Source: an uncultured Candidatus Poseidoniales archaeon (GTDB lineage Archaea > Thermoplasmatota > Poseidoniia > Poseidoniales > Thalassarchaeaceae). From it: a stretch of DNA of 60,164 nt. The DNA lies in contig CAYMRU010000002.1 in the NCBI GenBank assembly GCA_964392975.1, positions 1 through 60,164 on the forward strand, written 5' to 3'. The notes beneath the pieces were generated by a model, which was given only the letters and a program-made list of their open reading frames with translations, made no database searches and was not told where the DNA came from. The first letter of the stretch is position 1. Every line of letters begins with the position of its first letter. Positions 36,727 through 44,522 of the stretch are shown here, one piece after another. The translations under genes and the position numbers were made by a program.

Positions 36727-38511
36727 ATGACCGAGCGTCCATTGGCAAGAGCAGTGGTCGTAAGACAGCGCTTTGCACGGCTGATGCAGTTGGGAGACAG
36801 AAAAGATCCTGCGGGCTGGACTCCCGCACTCGTACTGGGCCCAACAGACCCAGAAGTAGCTACTTCGATTGCACCATTCTCTTCAACAAGGAACTCAGAA
36901 GGATTGCCCGCATCAATTTCGTTGCATACTAGGGAGAATCTGTGCTTACCGTTCGACTCCACTGACTCGTGGGTCGCTACGGAAGGACTGGTATTGCCTC
37001 CAAGCCTCGCGGAATCCGACTCAGGAGAGTTCAGCACAGGAGATCAACTACTTGCCGTATCATGGCAGTCTTTGCACCATGATGAGTTGTTGAAAGATCC
37101 TGAACTACAGCCATCAGTTATCTGTCTAGTTGATGCATTGCAACTCTCGCACAGTCCCGGATCGCTCGTCAGTGCATTGCACAACCTCAGGACCCGATTT
37201 CCGAATTCTCTGCTATGGGCTCCGGGTATCGCAGGCCCGGACAACTGCGCTCTTCTAGCGTGGATGGGCGTGGACCTTTTCGATCTCGCGCGTTCCCACA
37301 GAGCGGCTTCACAAGAGGTAATTTTGACTGAGGACGGCCCAAGGATCCCCGAACAGACCATGGGCGAGTCTTGCGGCATAAGCACTCAGATAGCTGCGTG
37401 GGAGCGAGCCCTAGCCGCCACTAGGTCAGCGATTCGGGATGGCTCCCTGCGCGAACTTGCTGAGCGCCAGAGCACCTCTAGCCCGCGTTCGGTAGAGAGG
37501 CTACGCCGTCACGACTCGATGATGAGGTCTTTCGATGGCGGCAGGGCAGGCCTTGAGAGAGTGGTGGGTCACGAGAGAAAACTGAGGTGTCACACGTATC
37601 AGAGCCGCGATGACCCCCTAATTCATGACTGGAGAGATAGAGTCGCGGATTCACACCTTCCTCCAGAACACCAGAGGGAACTGCTCGTGCTCCTGCCATG
37701 CTCCGCAGTCAAGCCATACAGGACATCCCAGAGCCATCGCAGATTCATCTCCTCGATTCCAAACAATGCAGCCCATCAGGTGATGGTAACTGCCCCGTTA
37801 GGACTGGTTCCGAGGGAATTAGAGGAAATCTGGCCCGCTGCCAATTATGACATTCCCGTCACTGGGGTTTGGGATAATGATGAGATATCCGTAATCAGAA
37901 GCATGCTATTGAGAATGTGCTCTAGAGTCGGATACCGGCGAATCATAAATCACTCAGGAGTGAATTTCAGTATCGAGGGTATTGAAGTAGTCGATACCAG
38001 AAAGGGCGAATCTGCCGGCTCTCAAGAGTCACTGGGCAGGCTTCAAGAGGCAGTAAAGCAGGCAGAGCAAGAACTCGAACTCCGTAGCCCGAAGAAGTCA
38101 CAGAACACATTATCCCAACTAAGGGCCCTCTCGCGCTTCCAGCATGGCACGGATTCTTGGTTGGATGGGGCAGTCTTGAAAGGACGTCCTCCAATCTTCA
38201 CCATAACAAAAGATGGCGAGCAGATTGCGATGTGGAATCCACGCTCCGGCCGTTTCGCGTTCTCAAAAGCCTGCCTCCCGCTGCTACTGCTAGCCGATGC
38301 CCTCCCTAAGGTAGAATTGTCCTCGGGGATTGATTGGAAAGGAGATATCTTCTCGAGTAATGTGACCTCTGCCGAATCCTGTATCAGAATCGGTGATGAG
38401 GTACTGGTGATGCAGGATGGATTACTAATCGGATCGGCAAGAGCAGAGGCTGCTGGTTGGGAGTGGCCAGATGGGGCAGGGCGGCTTGCTAGGAGCCAAC
38501 ACAGGCTTTGA
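36727..38511 (+). CDS. arcS: archaeosine synthase (tRNA-guanine-15 transglycosylase-like, ArcS)
   Basis: Exact ArcS signature PCX3KPYX2SX2H, read as PCSAVKPYRTSQSH at aa 324-337 (nt 37696-37737). TGT-like N-terminal region LLWAPGIAGPDNCALLAWMGVDLFD. C-terminal PUA-like IRIGDEVLVMQDGLLIGSARAE. Confidence 0.88.
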   Translation: MTERPLARAVVVRQRFARLMQLGDRKDPAGWTPALVLGPTDPEVATSIAPFSSTRNSEGLPASISLHTRENLCLPFDSTDSWVATEGLVLPPSLAESDSGEFSTGDQLLAVSWQSLHHDELLKDPELQPSVICLVDALQLSHSPGSLVSALHNLRTRFPNSLLWAPGIAGPDNCALLAWMGVDLFDLARSHRAASQEVILTEDGPRIPEQTMGESCGISTQIAAWERALAATRSAIRDGSLRELAERQSTSSPRSVERLRRHDSMMRSFDGGRAGLERVVGHERKLRCHTYQSRDDPLIHDWRDRVADSHLPPEHQRELLVLLPCSAVKPYRTSQSHRRFISSIPNNAAHQVMVTAPLGLVPRELEEIWPAANYDIPVTGVWDNDEISVIRSMLLRMCSRVGYRRIINHSGVNFSIEGIEVVDTRKGESAGSQESLGRLQEAVKQAEQELELRSPKKSQNTLSQLRALSRFQHGTDSWLDGAVLKGRPPIFTITKDGEQIAMWNPRSGRFAFSKACLPLLLLADALPKVELSSGIDWKGDIFSSNVTSAESCIRIGDEVLVMQDGLLIGSARAEAAGWEWPDGAGRLARSQHRL

Positions 38512-38579
38512 GCAGTCCGTCGGTGCTGCGTAGCGATTAAAGAGGGAGAGCAGGTCGCCCGGTCGCCGAGGTCTAAGAT

Positions 38580-39035
38580 ATGTCGCGCATGCATAGTGGA
38601 GGTAAGGGCAAGAGCGGTTCAACCAGGCCGCACACCTCAGAGGCTCCTGCATGGTCAGCCAACGATAAGGCAGAAATCGAGGAGTTGATTCTGAACCTTG
38701 CCAACGAGGGGCATTCAACAGCCATGATAGGAACTATTCTGCGTGACCACCACGCAGTCCCCAATGTGCGTCTGGTTACAGGAGAGAGGGTTTCGGAGAC
38801 TTTGGCTAGGAATGGCATCTCGGGCAGATATCCAGAGGATTTGATGAATCTGATGAGGAAGGCACTCAACCTGATGGATCATCTCTCATCAAATCCCAAG
38901 GATTTGCATAATCGCAGACAATTGGCTCTTTGTGAATCTAAGATTAGGAGACTGGCAAGATACTACATCGGAACCGGCAGACTCCCACAAGACTGGATCT
39001 ACAAGCAGAATCAGCTCCGACTGATGGTCGAGTGA
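38580..39035 (+). CDS. rps15: 30S ribosomal protein uS15 (archaeal S15P / eukaryotic S13e type)
   Basis: 151 aa. N-terminal MSRMHSGGKGKSGSTRPH is typical of the archaeal/eukaryotic N-terminal extension. The C-terminal S15 fold contains DLHNRRQLALCESKIRRLARYY. Confidence 0.95.
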   Translation: MSRMHSGGKGKSGSTRPHTSEAPAWSANDKAEIEELILNLANEGHSTAMIGTILRDHHAVPNVRLVTGERVSETLARNGISGRYPEDLMNLMRKALNLMDHLSSNPKDLHNRRQLALCESKIRRLARYYIGTGRLPQDWIYKQNQLRLMVE

Positions 39036-39943
39036 TTCGGCGCAGAGGATTTGTACTTCTACTGTGTAGCGGATTCATGCACACGCTTCTGGGAGCAGAA
39101 CCACTCTCCGAGGTCGCCGACCTACTCTCTAAGGCCGCTGACTCGATTCGGACCAGTCCAGCTCCCATTCTGCTGTTGGGCGCCCCATCCCTGCAAGGTG
39201 CTCTTGCTGTAGCACCAATAGAAGCGGCCCTGTTGGATTCTGGCTTGCCATACAGGAGGCGATTCAGACTCGAATCCCCTGCCAAACCTCCTTGGATTCA
39301 CATCCTAGGCCCAGGAGACTACAGTGGCCCTAGATTGTCGAATAATCCCTTCACATTGTCAATATCCGGGATTGTTGTCGATGGCCTCACAGGACATCAG
39401 GGAGATTCCCGAAAAGGGCCGCTCACTGCAGTTGCTCAGGCACATGCTCTAGCAGAGTCCATCTCGCCACAGGGACCTAGGACACGACGTCTCAGGCCAT
39501 GGGCGATTTCAGGGAATTGGCTACACTCTGCATTAGACACTACCTACGACCCTGTATTCACTGCCCTCAGGGACACCTTGGTCGAGGATGGCTCAATCAG
39601 AGTGATTCCTCTGCCTGAGGTACTGCACCCTAATGTCTCTCACAACAGTTGGATTGATGCAGAAGCTTTGGCGGCAGTTTCGTCTAGGTGGGCAAGTCTG
39701 GATTTGGAAGGAAAGGCAAGGGCATTGTCTCATTTGATGCGTCCAGCTCTGTCTCACAGCACTCCCTCAACCGCTAGGATGGAGGAAATCGGTTGGCACT
39801 GTGTAATGGGTCCAGGTTGGTCGACTGATTTGGCTGGGCAAATCGCTGCGGCAGCAGCGTACTGGAAGAACGACACTGCTGCAATCGCAGCGACGAAGGT
39901 AACCGACTCTCTGCTTAGAGAAGGAGTCATTCCTCTATCCTGA
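39032..39943 (+). CDS. hypothetical protein; possible degenerate DHH/RecJ(Cdc45)-like domain
   Basis: 303-aa ORF overlapping the uS15 stop by 4 nt (GTGA), with an alternative ATG at 39077. The segment PILLLGAPSLQGALAVAPIEAALLDSGLPY has the spacing of DHH motif I/II (h.h..H.D.DG..SA..l..aL...G), but the acidic and His residues are replaced. Its position downstream of rps15 matches the RecJ/GAN position recalled for other Euryarchaeota. Confidence 0.7.
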   Translation: MIRRRGFVLLLCSGFMHTLLGAEPLSEVADLLSKAADSIRTSPAPILLLGAPSLQGALAVAPIEAALLDSGLPYRRRFRLESPAKPPWIHILGPGDYSGPRLSNNPFTLSISGIVVDGLTGHQGDSRKGPLTAVAQAHALAESISPQGPRTRRLRPWAISGNWLHSALDTTYDPVFTALRDTLVEDGSIRVIPLPEVLHPNVSHNSWIDAEALAAVSSRWASLDLEGKARALSHLMRPALSHSTPSTARMEEIGWHCVMGPGWSTDLAGQIAAAAAYWKNDTAAIAATKVTDSLLREGVIPLS

Positions 39944-41945
39944 GCATGTTCTCGCAACTAGGACATTCCATTCTCAGAGGTCGCACTTCGGATTCTACAA
40001 CCACCTTTGTGGAACATACTGGGCAGCGTATGCTTGGCCCCTTGGCTCGCTTAGTCATCTTCTGAACCACCTCATTTCTAGGCGATACCAAGGCGACTGG
40101 TAAAACCAGAAACACCGAAGCCAGCGATACTCCGAACACGATTGGCATAGGCATTCCTAGGACATAAATCACTAGAGCCAGACAGCCGAGAGTGACTACG
40201 GTCACCAAAGCAGGAAGACTCGTCCTTTCCTTTGTTACAAACATCGCAAATCCGATTCCCACTGAGAGGAACAGCACCGAAATCATTGCACCGAACAGCG
40301 CACTGTACAATGCGAAGCCGGACGGCTGGTACTCGACTCTGAAGTCCAAGTCGGGATCTAGGTCAGCCTCCTCGATGGTAATCACCTCAAGCACTATCCA
40401 TCTCCTGTGCTTGTATTGGATTTCGTCAGAGGCCACGGCCCCGAGGTCCTCAAACAGAGTCGATTTCAACTCTGCAGTCAATCCTATCCCAGTCCAGTAA
40501 TCATCCTGAGAGGCTCGAACGAAAGTCTCCACCAGTACCTGCCTCGTAGCCTCTCCTGAGTCGTAATTGTACGAAGTGTCGATGGTGATGGTAATCGAAT
40601 CGGCACTGAAGGCCCTAGTAGCACCCATGTCGATAGTAATCTCGCTTGGCCCTAATTCGATTGGATTGACTCCTAGGATTGACTCGACCTCTATGAACAG
40701 GCCATTCGACATGAATGAGCGCAGGTTCGATGCCGAACCAGTCAGGTGGCCTTGCAGAGCCAACAACTCTGAATCATCGACTCTTCCATTGTGTCTGTCA
40801 TCAGAAGGTACCGAGTCGGAATAGGAGTTGAGGTTGCGCCACCAGCTGTTGGAGCCTAGACTCTGATTCCCGATGTTATCCAAACCCCATCGCATCCATT
40901 GGGACATAGAACCGTCGAATCTGATGATTGCCTCCCTTTGTACCTCATATCCGTCCCATACAGCGTTGATTTCCAAATCCAATGTCGATCCGCCTGTTCT
41001 CAAAGGCTCATTGGCCGGGTACCATCCTCCAGTTTCGCCATCATCTTCCCCAATGACGATTTCATGACTCTTGGATTCGGTGATTTGCAGACCATCCTGA
41101 GGACTAAGGTGGAAATCAACGTTAATAGTGCCAGACTCAAATTCCTCAGGCGCCTCCCAGAAGAAGGTGACTTCCACCCCTCCCTCGACTCCTGTCGCAA
41201 TCGGCATCTGGCTGACTTGAGAGCCCTGTACCGAAATTCCACCAGTAGATCCTGACCACATCCTGTCATCAAAGCCAGACTTCAAGACTATGGGTAAGTA
41301 TACCAGATTACCCAAGACGCTGGCATCCTTCATCTCGATATCAACTAGAGGGAAACGCATCGAGATGTGGGCATCATGTGCTTCAGATCCCCAGAGAAAC
41401 CTGACTCCGGCATCATCGTCAGGTTGCGAGAACATCAGGTTCCTTACAGTCAGGGAGATTTGGACCCTGTCTCCATCGTTGACCACACCTGAGCCCACAT
41501 CGACACTGACCTGAAGGGATCCGGAACCAGATAGGAACGGGTTCAGACCTCCATCTCCGTCATAGAAAGAACCACCAATTCTGACCTCAAGGGTCGAGTT
41601 GATGGTTACACCCGCGGCACCCTCGACCTCGTAGGGGATGGTGAAGTCCCAAGTCGAGTTCTCATAGGCACCTTCAGTCCCCCATGTGACTTCCCAAGTG
41701 CCGATTTTGATTTCACTTAGGATTGATGGCGTCACTAATGTAGATTGCGAATCCGAGGAATCACTTTCCAAATCCTCTTGGAAAGGAGTGAGGCCCCCGT
41801 CATCGGCCTCTCCCATCAAGTACAGTCGAAAATCAGTCGAATTGCAGCAGGTGACTTCTCCTTGGGCGGACACTACTAGTGGAGCCGCACTCATCACTAG
41901 CAGTACAGAAACCAGAGTCATCGCACGCAACCGCGCTGCATCCAT
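39927..41945 (-). CDS. secreted/membrane protein with two C-terminal TM helices and a cytoplasmic zinc ribbon (hypothetical)
   Basis: 672-aa ORF. Signal-like MTLVSVLLVMSAAPLVVSAQG, a long beta-rich ectodomain, TM helices YSALFGAMISVLFLSVGIGFAMFV and VTVVTLGCLALVIYVLG...VFLVLPVALV, and a terminal CPVCSTKVVVESEVRPLRMECPSCENMLRIEE. Confidence 0.8.
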   Translation of the reverse strand: MDAARLRAMTLVSVLLVMSAAPLVVSAQGEVTCCNSTDFRLYLMGEADDGGLTPFQEDLESDSSDSQSTLVTPSILSEIKIGTWEVTWGTEGAYENSTWDFTIPYEVEGAAGVTINSTLEVRIGGSFYDGDGGLNPFLSGSGSLQVSVDVGSGVVNDGDRVQISLTVRNLMFSQPDDDAGVRFLWGSEAHDAHISMRFPLVDIEMKDASVLGNLVYLPIVLKSGFDDRMWSGSTGGISVQGSQVSQMPIATGVEGGVEVTFFWEAPEEFESGTINVDFHLSPQDGLQITESKSHEIVIGEDDGETGGWYPANEPLRTGGSTLDLEINAVWDGYEVQREAIIRFDGSMSQWMRWGLDNIGNQSLGSNSWWRNLNSYSDSVPSDDRHNGRVDDSELLALQGHLTGSASNLRSFMSNGLFIEVESILGVNPIELGPSEITIDMGATRAFSADSITITIDTSYNYDSGEATRQVLVETFVRASQDDYWTGIGLTAELKSTLFEDLGAVASDEIQYKHRRWIVLEVITIEEADLDPDLDFRVEYQPSGFALYSALFGAMISVLFLSVGIGFAMFVTKERTSLPALVTVVTLGCLALVIYVLGMPMPIVFGVSLASVFLVLPVALVSPRNEVVQKMTKRAKGPSIRCPVCSTKVVVESEVRPLRMECPSCENMLRIEE

Positions 41946-42030
41946 CGGACCGTGTGGCCAGTCTGCATCCCTTCAATGCGACGCATACTTGGAGTTCTAC
42001 CGGCGGTATTCGTATGAATGCGCGAAATCG

Positions 42031-43740
42031 CTAGGAATGAAGCCATACAAGCGAAGCTGAACCATCCTCTAGGATTGCCTCTAATCTCGCGAAACCCACT
42101 CTCTCTAGTTGATACACCTCTCCAACAGTTAAGTCGAAATCCTCAATCAATCCATCAATAGCATCAATCTCATCTCCTCGAGGAATCTGCAGAACAGCCT
42201 CACGAGCCATACTCGCTGGAATCCACTGGACTATCGGACGGTCATCCGATTTGTCGTAGGACTCTACAGCAGCATTCCTTCCGGAGATGCTGATGTCTGC
42301 GAATTCCTTCAGTCTCAGGCTGCTAGTTCTAGAATCAGAATCCTGAATATAGATAGAATTCTTTACATCCCAGCTCCGCAATCCGGGAATCCCTCCATCA
42401 GGATGCCTAGGTGCCTCGACGATTCCGGCCTTGTGACCTGATAACTTCAATCGGACCGGCGAAGCCACGAAACTACGACGCTGGGTCACCGCATCTATCG
42501 CACTCGAATTCAATGACTCAATGGTCTGCATCGACACTGAGATGTCCTTCTGCGTAACTCCCAGTTCAATCCAGAAGCCCCTTAGAGCCCGAGCGGCGAA
42601 TCCCCTGCGCCTTAGCGATTGAATAGTGGGCAGTCGCAGATCCCCCCAGCCCTCTCGCCCCCCGTCTTCAATTGAAGTTCGCATCGAGGAAGTAGAGAAG
42701 CCCCCGAACTCGTGGACCTTCACTCTACCCCAGTATACAGCCTCGGGGTAATCCCACCCCAGTTTCTCATACAGCAGTGTCTGCTTCCTAGTACTGTCCA
42801 TCAGATCCTTACCTCGCACGATGTGAGTGACGCCTTGCTCATGGTCCTCCACGGCACTTTGGAAATCGAGAAGAGGCCAGACCCGGTATGTTTCACCCAC
42901 CATCGGATGAGGTGTGTGCTGTATCCTCAGAGCAGGCCAGTCCCTCAGGGCCGGGTTCGGTAGCGACATATCTGTCCTGACTCTGACTACCGCTTCACCC
43001 TCGCCCAATGTCCCATCGTTCATCGATTCCCAATCTGCTAGGTTAGAAGATGTATCCTTAGAGCGACAGGGGCAATTCTCCTTCGATTCCCTGTACACTC
43101 TGAATTCATCTGCAGGACATTTACAGGCATAGCAATGCCCTTGTGATATCAGACTCTGTGCATGCTCAAGGTATACGGGCATCCTATCGCTTGCCCTGAG
43201 GATGATATCTGCTGGTCTGCCAGCAAGCCACTCGTACTCATCCTCTATCCATTGGTAAGCAGAGGGAAGAGGAGGTTTGACCCTAGTGTCCGTATCGTCG
43301 AAACGCAAAACGACTTTCCCTTCATACATCTTTGCGTACTCGGAGTTGATTACCACTCCTCGAGAGTGACCAAGAGATAGTGGGCCGTTCGGATTGGGTG
43401 CGAATCTGAGGACTACCGCTGAGGTATCTCCGGGCAATTCCTTCAACCCCTCTGCCTTTCGATGCTTCTCTCTTTCCAGAGCATCCGGGGCAGACTGTTC
43501 AAGTTCAGCCCTGACGGCATCTAATCCATCTGCCTGAGCCAGAGCGTTTGCGGCAGAGACCTCGTATGCGACAATCTCCATCAATCGCTTGGCTTCAGGC
43601 CTGAGATCTGGTTTCTCTGACAACAGTCTGCCTAACACACTACCAGCCTGTCCAGCCCCGTCGTATTCCAAAGCGTTCTGAAGAGCGAACTTTCGTACTG
43701 CGGCTACCACATCGGCACTCCAGCCATCACTTTCGGCCAT
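42031..43740 (-). CDS. gltX: glutamyl-tRNA synthetase, archaeal/eukaryotic type
   Basis: Class I HIGH region is LRFAPNPNGPLSLGHSRG. Also LRFDDTD and VTHIVRGKDL, plus a C-terminal anticodon-binding region. The start is placed at ATG 43740 (MAESDGW...). The ORF track start GTG 43791 would overlap the rnhB stop by 4 nt and add 17 residues (MSERSVKCCTYAVGPVI). Confidence 0.92.
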   Translation of the reverse strand: MAESDGWSADVVAAVRKFALQNALEYDGAGQAGSVLGRLLSEKPDLRPEAKRLMEIVAYEVSAANALAQADGLDAVRAELEQSAPDALEREKHRKAEGLKELPGDTSAVVLRFAPNPNGPLSLGHSRGVVINSEYAKMYEGKVVLRFDDTDTRVKPPLPSAYQWIEDEYEWLAGRPADIILRASDRMPVYLEHAQSLISQGHCYACKCPADEFRVYRESKENCPCRSKDTSSNLADWESMNDGTLGEGEAVVRVRTDMSLPNPALRDWPALRIQHTPHPMVGETYRVWPLLDFQSAVEDHEQGVTHIVRGKDLMDSTRKQTLLYEKLGWDYPEAVYWGRVKVHEFGGFSTSSMRTSIEDGGREGWGDLRLPTIQSLRRRGFAARALRGFWIELGVTQKDISVSMQTIESLNSSAIDAVTQRRSFVASPVRLKLSGHKAGIVEAPRHPDGGIPGLRSWDVKNSIYIQDSDSRTSSLRLKEFADISISGRNAAVESYDKSDDRPIVQWIPASMAREAVLQIPRGDEIDAIDGLIEDFDLTVGEVYQLERVGFARLEAILEDGSASLVWLHS

Positions 43741-43787
43741 GATAACAGGTCCAACCGCGTAAGTGCAGCATTTCACGCTTCGCTCGC

Positions 43788-44522
43788 TCACCAGTCGTCA
43801 AGCATCGTTTGTCGAACGGCCACATCGTCCTCGGACCTAGTGGGCACCGGAGTACCGTGAGCCTGAGACCACAAGTCAGAGACAGTTGACCAGCTCCATC
43901 TCAAGTCCTTGTGAGGGAGATCCCCTGAGACTAGTCTCCTCACGGCCTCTCTGGTGACTGCATCAGAGGGATAGCCAGAGCCAATTGGGTATCCCAATTC
44001 ATCCGCTATCTGAGAAATTGCAGCATCCCTGTTGACCTTGGCCAAGATGCTAGCAGCACCCGCGACGGGATCAATCGAATCCATAGCATGTCTGGAATCA
44101 ATCTCCCAATTCGCCCATTCGGCCCCCAATCTCGCTATTATCCTGTTTGAGAATCTCGCCTCATCAACATCGCACGAATCAACCATCATCATGCCGCTTG
44201 GAACACTCGCAGAACTAGCTCCGATGGCTTCGCAGAACAATTCGACTTCTAGCCTGTTTAGATCGGAGTAAAGACTGTTCGAGTCGATTCTCGAGGGCTG
44301 GCAGACTGCCATTCCGATGCCCCAATCTCTGGACTCTGCCTCCTCACGAATACTCTGTGCAATTTTCTCCCGGTTCTTCGCAGACAATGCCTTTGAGTCT
44401 CTTGCCCCAATGTCTCGTAGAGCGCTGCGGTCGGATTCTGGCACACACAGCGCACAGACAACCAAGGGTCCGATGGCCGGTCCCCTCCCAGCCTCGTCCA
44501 CTCCAATTACTGGACGACTCAT
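43788..44522 (-). CDS. rnhB: ribonuclease HII
   Basis: Motifs are VIGVDEAGRGPAIGPLVVCAL, ARDSKALSAKNRE and VDSCDV, with a C-terminal GSGYPSD. The start ATG overlaps the stop of the upstream 949-aa gene (ATGA). Confidence 0.93.
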   Translation of the reverse strand: MSRPVIGVDEAGRGPAIGPLVVCALCVPESDRSALRDIGARDSKALSAKNREKIAQSIREEAESRDWGIGMAVCQPSRIDSNSLYSDLNRLEVELFCEAIGASSASVPSGMMMVDSCDVDEARFSNRIIARLGAEWANWEIDSRHAMDSIDPVAGAASILAKVNRDAAISQIADELGYPIGSGYPSDAVTREAVRRLVSGDLPHKDLRWSWSTVSDLWSQAHGTPVPTRSEDDVAVRQTMLDDW

